Shown: positions 31,629 to 44,546, numbered from the stretch's first letter. The stretch is DNA of 64,000 nucleotides from Calditrichia bacterium (GCA_963777955.1 CAVZSQ010000022.1:864001-928000), one strand, 5' to 3'. Made by a program: numbers and translations. The notes: a model not told the origin generated them from the letters alone.

Positions 31629-34600
31629 ATGTTTTTGGATATTCTGACTAAAATTTTCGGTAGTAAACACGACCGCGATCGTAAAAAACTTGAACCATTG
31701 GTCGACGAGATCAAAGGTTTCGGTGAAGAATATACAAAACTGACCAGCGGGGAATTGCAGGCCAAGACCGGGGAATTTAAGGAACGGTTGAGCAATGGCG
31801 AAACCCTGGATGAAATATTACCCGAAGCTTTCGCGGCGGTAAAAGAAGCCTGCCGCAGGCTGTTGGGTCAGACCTGGAAAGTTGTGGGGCAGGATCAAAC
31901 CTGGGATATGGTGCCTTATGATGTGCAGTTGATCGGTGGAGTTGTCCTGCACCAGGGTAAAATTGCCGAAATGGCCACCGGCGAAGGAAAAACACTGGTA
32001 GCCACCTTGCCCGTTTATTTGAACGCCCTGGAAGGCCAGGGGGTGCACCTGGTCACCGTCAATGATTACCTGGCTCAGCGCGATGCCGAGTGGATGGGCG
32101 AAGTTTACCGGTATCTGGGCCTGTCGGTCGGTGTGATATTGAATGAAATGACGCCGGAGCAGCGACGGGAAGCCTATAATGCCGACATTACCTATGGAAC
32201 CAACAATGAATTCGGTTTTGATTATCTGCGCGATAATATGGCCGGATCCGTTGATGATATCGTACAGGTGCGGGGACATCATTATGCGATCGTCGATGAG
32301 GTCGACAACATCCTGGTTGACGAAGCGCGTACGCCATTGATCATTTCCGGACCGGTCAGCGTGTCTACGCAGCGCTTCGGCGAAATGAAACCACCGGTGG
32401 AAAAACTGGTAGCCAGACAAATAAAATTCGTCACGCAACTGATCTCCGAAGGTGAGGAACTGCTGGCCAAGGGAGAAACTTTTGCCGCCGGTGAAAAATT
32501 TTTTATTGCCGAAAAAGGAGCTCCCAAGCATAAAAGGCTGTTAAAAATATATCAGGATCCATCCAATAAAAAACTGGTACAGGAAGTCGAAAATGCTTAC
32601 CTGCGGGACAAGGGGCAGAATAAAACCTCCGACGAACACTACTTTGGCGAATTGTATTATACCGTAGATGAAAAGAACCATGTACTTGATTTAACCGAGA
32701 AAGGCCGCACCGATCTTTCGCCGCAGGAACCGGAAATGTTTTTGATCCCCGATCTCGGTGAGGAAATTGCCAAAATCGAACATGATCCCGCTCTGAGCGA
32801 ACAGCAAAAATTCGAGAAAAAGACGAATATCCAGCAGGTCTTCGCCGATCGCAGCGAAAAATTGCAGAATATATCACAGTTGCTGCGGGCCTATACCCTT
32901 TATGAAAAAGATGTGGAATATGTTGTCACCGACGGTAAGGTGCTGATCGTCGATGAATTCACCGGCCGGATTTTGCATGGCCGCCGCTACAGCGATGGTC
33001 TGCATCAGGCGATTGAAGCCAAGGAAAACGTAAAGATTGAGCGGGAAACTCAGACTCTGGCTACCATCACCTTGCAGAATTATTTCCGCATGTATAAAAA
33101 ATTGGCCGGTATGACCGGAACCGCCGAAACCGAAGCTTCTGAATTCTGGGATATTTATAAACTGGATGTGGTGGTAATTCCGACCAACGAAGCGGTGCGC
33201 CGGATCGATTATAATGATTTGATCTACCGTACCAAGCGGGAAAAGTATAATGCAGTGATCGATGAAATCGAACGCATGAATAAGGTCGAACGACCGGTGC
33301 TGGTGGGCACCATATCGGTTGAGGTTTCGGAAACATTGAGCCGCATGCTGAAACGCAAAGGGATCAAGCATAATGTGCTCAATGCCAAGTACCATAAACA
33401 GGAAGCAGAAATTGTCCGCTTTGCCGGACAACCCGGTGCCGTGACTATCGCCACCAATATGGCCGGCCGTGGCACCGATATCAAACTGGCCCGGCAGGTG
33501 GTCTATTGTCAGAGAGGCTGTTTTCTGCTGCGGGAGGACGGCGTCTCGCCCCCGGCGGATATTGATCTGAAGCAGTGCGAAGCAAATATGCCCTGCGGCC
33601 TGCATATTATCGGTACTGAACGGCATGAGGCGCGGCGTATCGACCGGCAATTGCGCGGACGGTCGGGACGGCAGGGTGATCCGGGATCCTCAAGGTTTTT
33701 TCTGTGCCTGGAAGATGACCTGATGCGCTTATTCGGTTCGGAACGCATAGCTGCGATTATGAATCGTCTGGGTGCCCAGGAAGGGGAGATGATCGTTCAT
33801 CCGCTGATCACCCGTTCCATCGAAAAAGCACAAAAACGGGTGGAGGAGCAGAATTTTGCCATTCGTAAACGCCTGCTGGAATATGATAATGTCATGAATC
33901 AACAACGCGAGATCATCTATCACCGCCGCTCAGTCGCTCTGCGGGGTGAAGATCCCAAACAGAATCTGCTGCAGTTACTGGATGATTTTATACATAACCG
34001 GGTCGATGAATTTATCGATCCCAGAGCACACGCGGAAGACTGGCATATCGATGGTTTTCTGGAATCGATCAGCGCTGTCATACCGGTCGATGCAAAAAAA
34101 ATCAAATCGGAATTGTATTCTCTGGACCGCGAGCAACTGGCCGAAGAGATTAAAAATAGCGCAATGAATTTCTATAATATAAAAGAAAGCCGTATCGGTT
34201 CCGAAAGAATGCGCGTTTTTGAGCGATTCCTGCTTCTGCGGGTAATCGATGATGAATGGAAAGATCATCTGTACGAAATGGATATGATGAAAGAAGGTAT
34301 CCATTTACGGGCTTATGGACAAAAAGATCCCTTGATTGAATACAAACGCGAAGCTTATCTGATGTTTGAAAGCCTGATTGACCGGATCAACGAAAATACT
34401 TTAAATATATTGTGGAAATTTCAGGTAGCCGAAGAACAACCGGCCCAGCCGCATCGTTTAACCACACTGCCACTGCGCACAGTGCATCAGAGTGCGGTAA
34501 ATATGGGTTTTGACAACGCTGAAGAATCGGATATCCAGAAAGCCTCGCACGAAAGATCACAAAAAATGCAGCCGGTCAAGGTCGGGCAGAAGGTAGGCCG

Positions 34601-34664
34601 TAACGATCCCTGTCCCTGCGGCAGCGGTAAAAAATATAAGAAATGCCACGGAGCACTTGCTTAA
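31629..34664 (+). CDS. secA: Preprotein translocase ATPase SecA
   Basis: [35 protein letters not shown]-terminal [13 protein letters not shown]. Confidence 0.99.
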   Translation: MFLDILTKIFGSKHDRDRKKLEPLVDEIKGFGEEYTKLTSGELQAKTGEFKERLSNGETLDEILPEAFAAVKEACRRLLGQTWKVVGQDQTWDMVPYDVQLIGGVVLHQGKIAEMATGEGKTLVATLPVYLNALEGQGVHLVTVNDYLAQRDAEWMGEVYRYLGLSVGVILNEMTPEQRREAYNADITYGTNNEFGFDYLRDNMAGSVDDIVQVRGHHYAIVDEVDNILVDEARTPLIISGPVSVSTQRFGEMKPPVEKLVARQIKFVTQLISEGEELLAKGETFAAGEKFFIAEKGAPKHKRLLKIYQDPSNKKLVQEVENAYLRDKGQNKTSDEHYFGELYYTVDEKNHVLDLTEKGRTDLSPQEPEMFLIPDLGEEIAKIEHDPALSEQQKFEKKTNIQQVFADRSEKLQNISQLLRAYTLYEKDVEYVVTDGKVLIVDEFTGRILHGRRYSDGLHQAIEAKENVKIERETQTLATITLQNYFRMYKKLAGMTGTAETEASEFWDIYKLDVVVIPTNEAVRRIDYNDLIYRTKREKYNAVIDEIERMNKVERPVLVGTISVEVSETLSRMLKRKGIKHNVLNAKYHKQEAEIVRFAGQPGAVTIATNMAGRGTDIKLARQVVYCQRGCFLLREDGVSPPADIDLKQCEANMPCGLHIIGTERHEARRIDRQLRGRSGRQGDPGSSRFFLCLEDDLMRLFGSERIAAIMNRLGAQEGEMIVHPLITRSIEKAQKRVEEQNFAIRKRLLEYDNVMNQQREIIYHRRSVALRGEDPKQNLLQLLDDFIHNRVDEFIDPRAHAEDWHIDGFLESISAVIPVDAKKIKSELYSLDREQLAEEIKNSAMNFYNIKESRIGSERMRVFERFLLLRVIDDEWKDHLYEMDMMKEGIHLRAYGQKDPLIEYKREAYLMFESLIDRINENTLNILWKFQVAEEQPAQPHRLTTLPLRTVHQSAVNMGFDNAEESDIQKASHERSQKMQPVKVGQKVGRNDPCPCGSGKKYKKCHGALA

Positions 34665-34693
34665 GCCAAGCGCTGATTATTTCTTGAACTTGC

Positions 34694-35503
34694 TTAATAA
34701 CTTTGCGTACTATCCGAATAAACCGGTTTTTCCAGGTCTTCCGGGAGGGCCTTAATCTGAGTACTGTCGGATACGGACGGAGCAATTATATCTTTCAATT
34801 GCTCATCGCCGCTTGTGTCGGGCTGAGTGCCGCTGGTTTGTCCGGAGGCGCCGCTGATCGGCTTGGGTAAGGCCAGTTCCTCGGTATTAGTCGGATCAAG
34901 CAATTTGGTTTTGGCCAGAATACTATAGGGTGATTCAGGGTAAATATCGATTATCTGCTGATAAGCGTTTTTAGCCATATCCAGGGCGTTGATTTTGGCG
35001 TTTAACAGGCCGATACGGTAAAGCGCCGCGGCTTTAGCAGTCCGGTCTTGACTGTTAGGATAGGAAACAGCCCTGCGATAATATTTTACCGCCTGTTCCA
35101 GGTCCAGGGTATCACTGGTGACATTTCCCGGATTCCAGCGGGCCGCATGTTCGTAGAATTCACCGATTTGAATATAAACCTGGGGGATACGTTCGGGAAT
35201 AATATTCTCTTTCAGTACACGCAATAAGAGATCCATCTGCTCTTCAAACTTTTCCTGGGAGCCCAGGGTCCGGGCCATCAATAGTTGCGTATCAATATGC
35301 AGATCGGTGGTCGGAAAATTGTCCAGGATGTATTGGCAATACTGCATGGTCTGATCATATTCTTGTTGCTGATAGAGTTTTTCCGCTTTTTCCAGCATTA
35401 AATTTGCGTCATCCCCTTCAGCCACCACCCCTTTTTTACCGCCGCAGGCAAAAAACATCAAAATCGCCAGAATTATCAAACCTCTGCTGATGATTGTAAG
35501 CAT
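34694..35503 (-). CDS. TPR-containing lipoprotein (BamD/CpoB-like fold)
   Basis: Lipobox-like FFAC; TPR motifs (ILDNFPT, ALYRIG, IIDIYPESPY); GGAGG RBS upstream of ATG at 35503. Confidence 0.75.
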   Translation of the reverse strand: MLTIISRGLIILAILMFFACGGKKGVVAEGDDANLMLEKAEKLYQQQEYDQTMQYCQYILDNFPTTDLHIDTQLLMARTLGSQEKFEEQMDLLLRVLKENIIPERIPQVYIQIGEFYEHAARWNPGNVTSDTLDLEQAVKYYRRAVSYPNSQDRTAKAAALYRIGLLNAKINALDMAKNAYQQIIDIYPESPYSILAKTKLLDPTNTEELALPKPISGASGQTSGTQPDTSGDEQLKDIIAPSVSDSTQIKALPEDLEKPVYSDSTQSY

Positions 35504-35630
35504 ACGAACTACCTCCATTGGGAGTTTTATTCACATTTTTGTAATATACGATTTTTGCACGTATAAGTACAATATGTAATATACATACAAAATATAATTG
35601 CCGGTGGATAAAAATGTATTACAACCAGAC

Positions 35631-35659
35631 TTGACAAAAAAAATGCTATTCAGTAAATT
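35631..35659 (+). promoter_or_regulatory. Putative sigma70 promoter of gap
   Basis: TTGACA-17 bp-TAAATT. Confidence 0.65.
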
Positions 35660-35689
35660 TTGAACTTATTTCAAATCTAGACAAATTAA

Positions 35690-36715
<1,026 letters not shown>

Positions 36716-36733
36716 TAAATAAATCAGGCAACG

Positions 36734-36759
36734 GGACTGTCTGCGGCAGTCCTTTTTTT
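36734..36759 (+). terminator. Terminator/attenuating hairpin between gap and pgk
   Basis: GGACTGTC-TGC-GGCAGTCC followed by T7. Confidence 0.7.
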
Positions 36760-36774
36760 ACGGAGAATATAGTT

Positions 36775-37971
36775 ATGGCTAAAAAAACAATTGACGATGC
36801 AGTATTAAAAAATAAGAAAGTACTGATGCGTTGTGATTTCAATGTTCCGCTTAATGAAAAACTGGAAATTACCGATGACCGGCGCATCACGGAATCTTTG
36901 CCTTCCATTAAAAAAATACTGAATGAAAAAGCCGCATTGATTCTTTGTTCTCATCTGGGCCGGCCCAAAGGCGGACCGGCGCCTGAATTCAGTTTAAAGC
37001 CGGTGGCCAGGCGCCTGGGAGAGTTGCTGGCACAACCCGTAAAAATGGCAACCGACTGCATTGGGGCCGAGGTCGAGCAATTAAAAAAAGATCTTCGACC
37101 GGGTGAAGTATTGCTGCTGGAAAATTTGCGTTTTCATAAAGAAGAAGAAAAAAATGAACCTGCTTTCGCCAAGGCACTGGCCCAGGGTTGCGATTTGTTC
37201 GTAAACGATGCATTCGGTACAGCGCACCGTGCTCATGCTTCAACGGAAGGTGTGACCCACTATTTCAAAGAGAACGTAGCCGGTTATCTGATCCAGAAAG
37301 AATTAAAATACCTGGATGAAGCGGTTAATAAACCAAAACGTCCCCTGCTGGCTGTCCTGGGCGGAGCAAAAATATCGGGTAAGATCGATGTCATCAAGAA
37401 TCTATTTGCAAAAGTAGATGGAATTCTGCTTGGCGGCGGCATGATTTTTACCTTTTACAAAGCTCAGGGACTGGAGATAGGCAAATCTTTGCTGGAAGAG
37501 GACCGCATTGAAATGGCCAAGGCCATTCTGGCCGAAGCCAAACAAAAGAAAATTGCCCTGTATTTGCCGCAGGACGTGGTGATCGCCGATGCCTTTGATA
37601 ATAACGCCCGGCGTAAAACCGTGGCCGTTGAGCAGATCGAACCGGGCTGGATGGGTCTGGATATCGGACCGCTTACCATTGATGTCTTTGTAAAACAGAT
37701 ACAACAGGCTAAAACCATCGTCTGGAATGGACCGATGGGCGCATTCGAAATGCCCAATTTTGCGAATGGTACTAAAAAGATTGCCCAGGCTTTGGCCGAT
37801 GCCACCGGCCGTGGTGCGGTTACGGTGGTCGGTGGCGGTGATTCTGCTGCCGCGGTCAGCGATTTTGGCCTGGATAAGAACATTACCCATATTTCCACCG
37901 GCGGCGGCGCTTCATTGGAATTCCTGGAAGGAAAAGTATTACCCGGTATCGCAGCCCTGTCCGAGAAGTAA
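36775..37971 (+). CDS. pgk: Phosphoglycerate kinase
   Basis: [40 protein letters not shown]. Confidence 0.99.
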   Translation: MAKKTIDDAVLKNKKVLMRCDFNVPLNEKLEITDDRRITESLPSIKKILNEKAALILCSHLGRPKGGPAPEFSLKPVARRLGELLAQPVKMATDCIGAEVEQLKKDLRPGEVLLLENLRFHKEEEKNEPAFAKALAQGCDLFVNDAFGTAHRAHASTEGVTHYFKENVAGYLIQKELKYLDEAVNKPKRPLLAVLGGAKISGKIDVIKNLFAKVDGILLGGGMIFTFYKAQGLEIGKSLLEEDRIEMAKAILAEAKQKKIALYLPQDVVIADAFDNNARRKTVAVEQIEPGWMGLDIGPLTIDVFVKQIQQAKTIVWNGPMGAFEMPNFANGTKKIAQALADATGRGAVTVVGGGDSAAAVSDFGLDKNITHISTGGGASLEFLEGKVLPGIAALSEK

Positions 37972-38007
37972 TACATTTTTGATTTTAACGGATTGATCAT
38001 GCGATCA

Positions 38008-38075
38008 TGTCATTCTGACGAGCGGAGAGAGAAAAATCTTTGCCAGGAGAAAAGATTCGTCACCATCAGATGGCA
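38008..38075. repeat. Degenerate nested-hairpin extragenic element
   Basis: Outer arms TGTCATTCTGA / TCAGATGGCA and inner arms AATCTTT / AAAGATT. Confidence 0.55.
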
Positions 38076-38117
38076 GTATGGTAAATATTTGAATCAAAGA
38101 TCAAAGAGGAAGGTAAC

Positions 38118-38883
38118 ATGAGAAAAAAGATTATTGCCGGCAATTGGAAGATGTACAAGACCAATGAAGAAGCCAAACAACTGATATCAGCTTTGAAATT
38201 AAACAGCGCGGTAATTAAAAAGACAAAAGTAGTAGTGTGTCCTCCCGCCACGGCCCTGGTGGAAGTATCAAATTTATTGAAAGGGACTCCGATTGCCCTG
38301 GGCGCCCAGAATATTCACTGGGAAAAAGAGGGGGCCTTTACCGGTGAAATCTCCGCGGGCATGATCAAATCGGCAGGCGCAGCTTATGTGATTCTCGGCC
38401 ATTCTGAACGCCGGCAATATTTTGGCGAGACCGATGATAAGGTCCGGCGAAAAATTGTAGCCGCCCTGGGACAGGGCTTAACTCCCATCGTCTGCGTCGG
38501 GGAAACACTGGAACAGCGTGAAAAGGGGATCACCAAGGAGATAGTTGCTCAACAGACTTGACCAGGGACTTTCCGGATTGACTGCGGCCCAGGTGAATCG
38601 TCTGGTTTTTGCTTATGAACCGGTCTGGGCAATCGGTACCGGTAAAAATGCCACACCGGACCAGGCTCAGGAGGTGCATGAATTCATTCGCGGCCGCCTG
38701 ACTTCGCTGTATGACCAGGGCACTGCCCAGGCAATAACTATTCAGTACGGTGGGAGTGTTAAACCTAATAACGCCCTGGATCTGTTGAAACAAGCGGATA
38801 TTGACGGAGCACTGGTCGGCGGTGCCTGCCTGCAGGCAGATTCATTCCTGGAAATCATCAAAGCAGCGGAAAGCACCAGTTGA
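38118..38883 (+). CDS. tpiA: Triosephosphate isomerase (frameshift near 38555)
   Basis: [34 protein letters not shown]. Confidence 0.97.
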
Positions 38884-38970
38884 TCGTGATCCCGGCCAGA
38901 TAACTAAAAAACAGTTGAAAAATCATATCCTGCTTAGTAATTTAACAGGCTTTAACTTAAAGGAGTATGA

Positions 38971-39318
38971 ATGGTCACGTTTCTGGTTATTTTATTCATT
39001 TTAACCTGTTTTTTGATGATTGTGGTGATCCTGTTACAGGCGGGAAAAGGCCGGGGTCTGGCAGGTACGTTCGGTGGAATGGGTTCCAGTGCCGTTTTTG
39101 GCGGAAGAGGGGCAGCAACCTTCTTAAGTAAAACGACGGCCATACTGGCGTTTGTATATATGTCGTTATGCCTGGTGATCGGATATTTTTATAAACAAGA
39201 AAGCGAAGTTCAACGACAGAGTATCATCCAACAACAAGCCACGGAACAGCCAAGTTTGCCGGCGACGGATGTGCCGATGGCACCGCTTCAATCGGCGCCC
39301 GGTGATTCTGTTCGCTAA
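38971..39318 (+). CDS. secG: Preprotein translocase subunit SecG
   Basis: ILLQAGKGRGLAGTFGG...FLSKTT; follows tpiA. Confidence 0.95.
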   Translation: MVTFLVILFILTCFLMIVVILLQAGKGRGLAGTFGGMGSSAVFGGRGAATFLSKTTAILAFVYMSLCLVIGYFYKQESEVQRQSIIQQQATEQPSLPATDVPMAPLQSAPGDSVR

Positions 39319-39320
39319 AG

Positions 39321-39405
39321 GCTGGAGTGGTGGAATTTGGTAGACACACTATCTTGAGGGGGTAGCGCTCAACCGAGCATGCGGGTTCAAGTCCCGCCTC
39401 CAGCA
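39321..39405 (+). tRNA. tRNA-Leu(GAG), CCA not encoded
   Basis: GCTGGAG/CTCCAGC acceptor stem, anticodon arm CTATC-TTGAGGG-GGTAG, long variable arm, GGTTCAAGTCC T-arm; usual position after secG. Confidence 0.96.
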
Positions 39406-39415
39406 CTTAAAATAC

Positions 39416-39441
39416 AAGGGACATCTGCATGTCCCTTTTTT
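39416..39441 (+). terminator. Intrinsic terminator after tRNA-Leu
   Basis: AAGGGACAT-CTGC-ATGTCCCTT plus T-run. Confidence 0.8.
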
Positions 39442-39523
39442 ATTAATCAGCAGAATATGAAAAATATATTGAACAAAATTTTACAGAATGCGTTATAATC
39501 AACAATAAAAAGGAGTATAAACA

Positions 39524-40210
39524 ATGCCTTTTCAATTCAATGATCCGACTTTCCTGTTATTGATCCCGGCTTTTTTGCTGGCTTTATATGCTCAATGGAA
39601 GGTCTCCAGTGCTTATGCAAAGTATAGTAAAATTGCCTCGATACAGGGGGTGACCGGTTACAAGGCAGCCGAATTCTTATTGCGCAGTAATGGCATCTCC
39701 GATGTTGGAATAGAAACTGTAGCCGGTAAACTGACGGATCATTATGATCCGCGGGCTAAGAAGCTGCGCCTCTCAGAAGAGAATTATAACAGCCGTTCCC
39801 TGGCCGCTCTGGCTGTGGCTGCTCATGAAGTCGGACATGTGGTCCAGCATCATAAGGATTATATCCCGCTGAAGTTGCGGAATTCGATCCTGCCGGCGAC
39901 CAATATCGGCTCCTGGGCCGCTTTCCCGTTATTTCTGCTGGGCCTGTTTTTAAATACGCCCCTGCTTATGGATCTGGGCATTATCTTATTTGCCGGTGTG
40001 GTTATTTTCCATTTTGTTACCTTGCCGGTCGAGTATAATGCCAGCAACCGGGCTTTGAACATGCTGGGTGATAATGGCATGCTGGTGCAGGAAGAGACCG
40101 CTGGTGCACGCAAAGTTTTAAACGCTGCGGCGTTAACTTATGTAGCCGCCACGGCCATGGCTATGATTCATCTGCTGCGCCTGGTTTTGCTAAGAAGTTC
40201 TCGCGATTAA
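39524..40210 (+). CDS. Membrane zinc metallopeptidase (YugP-like)
   Basis: LTDHYDP, AAHEVGH, TLPVEYNASNRA, AAALTYVA. Confidence 0.93.
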   Translation: MPFQFNDPTFLLLIPAFLLALYAQWKVSSAYAKYSKIASIQGVTGYKAAEFLLRSNGISDVGIETVAGKLTDHYDPRAKKLRLSEENYNSRSLAALAVAAHEVGHVVQHHKDYIPLKLRNSILPATNIGSWAAFPLFLLGLFLNTPLLMDLGIILFAGVVIFHFVTLPVEYNASNRALNMLGDNGMLVQEETAGARKVLNAAALTYVAATAMAMIHLLRLVLLRSSRD

Positions 40211-40230
40211 AAAACAAAGGAGAGTAAAAT

Positions 40231-41790
40231 ATGTCAAAATTTAAATTCAGCTGGCCCGCTGTGCTGGGATTCATCGCCATGGGAGTTCTGGTCGGCGTGC
40301 TGCTGACTTTCGGCCTGAATCTTGATAGTAAAAGTCATGCGCTTGGTGGCAAAGGCTCGGGAACAATTTATGTCGAAAATACAGCGCTGCAAACCGGTAC
40401 TGGAGACGATCAAACGGCAACAGTCAAGGACTTTAATCCCAATACTGCTTTTGTCGAAGTAGTTAAAAAAGTCCGGCCGTCGATTGTCACCATCTATACT
40501 ACCAAAAATATCAAAGTACCGGCTAATCCCTGGCATCGCTTTTTCCGGGAGTTCGGATTCGAAAATGAGCAGCAGGATCAGCAGGGAGCAGAAGAACAGG
40601 AGTATCAGCAAGGCGGGCTGGGCTCCGGTATCATCATCAGTAAAGACGGCTATATCCTGACCAATACTCATGTGATCAAAGATGTGGATGAACTCACCGT
40701 CCGCCTGGTTGATGAAGAAGAATATAAAGCTAAAGTGATCGGTACCGATCCGACTACGGATGTGGCTCTGATAAAAATAGAGGCCAAAGATCTGCCCATT
40801 GCCATTCTGGGTAATTCCGACCAGTTACAGGTTGGTGAATGGGTTTTAGCGATCGGCAGTCCGCTGGAATTAAATTTTACGGTTACAGCGGGAATTGTCA
40901 GCGCGCTGGGACGGGATATAAATATTATTCAGGATCGTCAGGGATTGAGTATCGAGAATTTTATACAGACCGATGCGGCCATAAATCCCGGCAACAGCGG
41001 TGGCGCCCTGATTAATATTCGCGGAGAGGTGATAGGTGTCAATTCAGCCATAGCTACTCCGACCGGAACTTATATCGGTTATGGCTTTGCCATCCCGGTC
41101 AACCTGGCCAAGACCGTAGTTGATGATTTTATTAAATACGGAGAAGTGCGCCGCGGCTATATTGGAGTGAGCATCAGGCCGATGACCCCGGTAATTGCCA
41201 AAGGGGTTGGTCTGGAGAAACCCAGGGGAGTTTTTGTCAATGATGTCTTAAAAGGGCAGGCTGCCGATAAAGCGGGTATCAAAGCCGGGGATGTTATCCT
41301 GGAAGTGAACGGTGTCGTAATGAATCAACCGAACCAGGTGCAGGCCAAGATTGGTTCCTATGATCCCGGTGATAAGGTCGATGTACTCATCTGGCGTGAC
41401 GGTAAACAGAAGACATATCAACTGGTACTGCAAAGCCGCGAAGGCGATGCAGCTCCAGTTGCGGGCAAACGTGAACAGAAAGAAAGCAAGATCGAGAATT
41501 TAGGAATGCGGGTCAAGGACCTGACCGCGAGCGAGTTAAAAAATCTGGATCTGGAATCCGGAGTGTTATTGCAGTCGATTCAAAATAATAGTCCGGCTTA
41601 TAAAGAAGGGCTGCGCGGGGGTGATGTGATTTATAAGATTGATGGTAAAGCGGTAGAATCGGTTTCGATGTTTACCAAATATCTTGATTCGCTGAATGTA
41701 GGCGATATAGTTAAAATTCAGATCCGTCGCCGGGATAACCAGGGTCAGAATTTTGACAGCCTGATCTTTGTGCAAATACCGGAGAAATAA
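40231..41790 (+). CDS. DegP/HtrA (Do) serine protease with two PDZ domains
   Basis: GSGIII, TNTHV, TDVAL, QTDAAINPGNSGG; two PDZ repeats. Confidence 0.96.
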   Translation: MSKFKFSWPAVLGFIAMGVLVGVLLTFGLNLDSKSHALGGKGSGTIYVENTALQTGTGDDQTATVKDFNPNTAFVEVVKKVRPSIVTIYTTKNIKVPANPWHRFFREFGFENEQQDQQGAEEQEYQQGGLGSGIIISKDGYILTNTHVIKDVDELTVRLVDEEEYKAKVIGTDPTTDVALIKIEAKDLPIAILGNSDQLQVGEWVLAIGSPLELNFTVTAGIVSALGRDINIIQDRQGLSIENFIQTDAAINPGNSGGALINIRGEVIGVNSAIATPTGTYIGYGFAIPVNLAKTVVDDFIKYGEVRRGYIGVSIRPMTPVIAKGVGLEKPRGVFVNDVLKGQAADKAGIKAGDVILEVNGVVMNQPNQVQAKIGSYDPGDKVDVLIWRDGKQKTYQLVLQSREGDAAPVAGKREQKESKIENLGMRVKDLTASELKNLDLESGVLLQSIQNNSPAYKEGLRGGDVIYKIDGKAVESVSMFTKYLDSLNVGDIVKIQIRRRDNQGQNFDSLIFVQIPEK

Positions 41791-41811
41791 ATAACTGATA
41801 AATAAACATTC

Positions 41812-41838
41812 AAAAATCCGGCTCCAGCCGGATTTTTT
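41812..41838 (+). terminator. Intrinsic terminator
   Basis: AAAAATCCGGC-TCCA-GCCGGATTTTT. Confidence 0.8.
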
Positions 41839-41943
41839 ATTTATGCCAATTATGCATGCATATGACATATTGGCTTAATGTTTAAATATTTCAATTATTT
41901 TATAATCTCATTAAAAACAATATATTAGAAGGATTGCAGATTT

Positions 41944-41960
41944 TGGCATGAACTTTGACT
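41944..41960 (+). promoter_or_regulatory. Possible sigma54-like -24/-12 element upstream of dnaK
   Basis: TGGCATGAACTTTGACT versus consensus TGGCACNNNNNTTGC (C-to-A at -12). Confidence 0.4.
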
Positions 41961-42012
41961 CATAATGATAGGTTTATAATATATTTTTCTGATGAAAGCA
42001 GGAGGAAATAAG

Positions 42013-43951
42013 ATGAGTAAAATAATTGGAATCGATCTTGGAACCACAAATTCTGTCGTGGCAGTGATGGAAGGAGGGGAAGTTGTGGTAATTCCCAACT
42101 CCGAGGGACAGCGCACCACCCCATCAGTGGTTGCTTTTACCAAGAAAGGGGAACGCCTGGTAGGTGCTCCGGCCAAACGTCAGGCAGTTACCAATCCTGA
42201 AAATACCGTCTATTCGATAAAACGTTTTATGGGTCGATTTTATAATGAAGTCGGACAGGAGATGAAGGAAGTTCCCTATAAAGTCAAGTCCGGTAATAAT
42301 AACGTGGTCGTGGTAGCAGCCGGGGATAAGGATTATACGCCCCCGGAAATCTCGGCAATGATCCTGCAAAAAATGAGACAAACTGCCGAAGATTACCTGG
42401 GTCAGAAACTGACTGATGCTGTGATCACAGTACCGGCCTATTTTAATGATGCTCAGCGGCAGGCTACCAAAGATGCCGGAACCATTGCCGGTCTGACTGT
42501 CAAACGTATTATCAATGAACCGACAGCCGCAGCACTGGCTTATGGAATGGATAAGAAAAAAGATGAGAAAATTGCAGTATATGACCTGGGCGGCGGAACA
42601 TTCGATATTTCCATCCTGGATATCGGCGACGGTGTGGTTGAGGTAAAATCCACCAATGGTGACACACACCTTGGCGGTGATGATTTTGATCAGCGGATAA
42701 TCGATTGGGTGGTTGCTGAATTCAAAAAAGAAAAAGGGGTCGACCTTAAAAAAGATCCGATGGCCTTGCAGCGGATCAAAGAAGCAGCCGAGAAAGCCAA
42801 AATCGAGTTATCAAGTTCAACGCAAACCGAGATCAATCTGCCGTTTATTACCGCCACCGAAGCGGGACCGCAGCATCTGAATTATACCCTGACCCGGGCA
42901 AAATTTGAACAATTGATCGAAGATCTGGCTCAGAAAACAGTTGAACCGTGCCGCAAAGCCCTGCAGGATGCCAATCTCAACCCGGCCCAGATCGATGAAG
43001 TGGTGCTGGTCGGTGGTTCAACCCGGATTCCCTACATTCAACAGATAGTAAAAAATTTCTTCAATAAAGAACCGCACAAGGGTGTTAATCCGGATGAAGT
43101 GGTAGCCATGGGTGCAGCAATTCAGGGTGCCGTTTTAACCGGTGAAGTGCGTGATGTCCTTTTGCTGGACGTTATCCCGCTGTCGCTGGGAATCGAGACG
43201 CTGGGTGGAGTGATGACCCGTTTAATCGATGCCAATACTACCATTCCGACCAAGAAATCGGAAATATTTTCAACTGCAGCTGACAGCCAGACTTCAGTGG
43301 AAATTCATGTACTGCAGGGTGAACGGGCCATGGCTTCCGATAACCGGACCCTGGGGCGATTTATATCTGGATGGTATTCCGCCGGCCCCGCGCGGTATCC
43401 CCCAGATCGAGGTTACCTTCGATGTGGATGCCAACGGTATTTTGAATGTGCATGCCCGCGATAAAGCAACCAGCAAAGAACAGAGTATCCGTATCGAAGC
43501 CTCCAGCGGCCTGAACGAACAGGAAGTGGAACGCATGCGCAAGGAAGCCACGGCGCATTCAGCCGAAGATAGCAAGCGCCGCGAGGAAATAAATATACAC
43601 AACCAGGCCGATACTACGGTTTATCAGACCGAGAAACAGATGAAGGAAATGGCCGACAAAATAGATGCGGACAATAAAGTTAAACTGGAAACCGCCCTGG
43701 GCCGGCTTAAAGAGGCGCAAAAAAGTAATAACCTCAATGAAATAAAATCGGCCCTGGAACAATTGAACAAAGAGTGGAATGACGCGGCTACAAAAATGTA
43801 TTCGCGGGGCGGCGGAACGGGTGCACAGCAGGGCGCCGATCAGCAACCGCACACCGCAGAACCAGGCAACCCTTCGGCCGGAAACGGAAAAGGAAAAGTG
43901 CAGGATGCTGATTTTGAAGTTGTGGATGATAAGGATAGTACCAAGAATTAA
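42013..43951 (+). CDS. dnaK: Chaperone DnaK (frameshift near 43360)
   Basis: [28 protein letters not shown]; second frame [19 protein letters not shown]...DADFEVV. Confidence 0.98.
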
Positions 43952-44002
43952 TTAATGCGGAACACGAATAATCCGGAGAGGTCTTTTAAACATATTTGCG
44001 GT

Positions 44003-44027
44003 TAAAGGGGATGAAACATCCCCTTTA
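44003..44027 (+). terminator. Probable terminator hairpin after dnaK
   Basis: TAAAGGGGATG-AAA-CATCCCCTTTA. Confidence 0.7.
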
Positions 44028-44093
44028 TATTTTTATTAATAAAAACCGTAGCAGCGGCTGAAAGATATCACGATCTTATTTCGTTATAACAGG

Positions 44094-44546
44094 ATGAACA
44101 ATCTTAAAGAATTTTTACCGTTAATGTTATTTGACGGTGAATGTCTGTTATGCAACCGGCTGGTACAATTCATACTGCGTCACCAGCAAGAACCGGTTTT
44201 CTTTTTCGGTACCCTGCAATCGGCAGCTGGACAACTGGTCAGGAAAAGTAATGAGAAAACAACCTCGATTGATTCGCTGTTGCTGGTCACTGACATAATA
44301 GAAACCCGGCCGGTAGTACAGTTGAAAAGTGCTGCCGTATGGTTCATCCTCGCCCGGTTAAAATATCCCTGGCGAGTATTGATTGTTTTTAAATTACTCC
44401 CTCTTTTTATTTCAGACCGGTTATATGATTTAGTTGCAGCTTACCGTTATAAAATCTGGGGTCGGACGGAGCGCTGTTTAATTCCCGATCCTGCTTATCG
44501 GCATAGATTTATCGATAATGGCGAGGCTGGTATTGAACGTTCTTAA
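44094..44546 (+). CDS. DCC1-like thiol-disulfide oxidoreductase (DUF393)
   Basis: FDGECLLCN (DxxCxxC), RYKIWGR...C. Confidence 0.9.
   Translation: MNNLKEFLPLMLFDGECLLCNRLVQFILRHQQEPVFFFGTLQSAAGQLVRKSNEKTTSIDSLLLVTDIIETRPVVQLKSAAVWFILARLKYPWRVLIVFKLLPLFISDRLYDLVAAYRYKIWGRTERCLIPDPAYRHRFIDNGEAGIERS

Noticed and set aside
35604..35611. DnaA-box-like GTGGATAA upstream of gap
   Set aside because: Single imperfect copy; expected by chance.
39321..39524. Island integrated at tRNA-Leu
   Set aside because: No integrase, no duplicated tRNA 3' end noticed, and ordinary genes follow the terminator.
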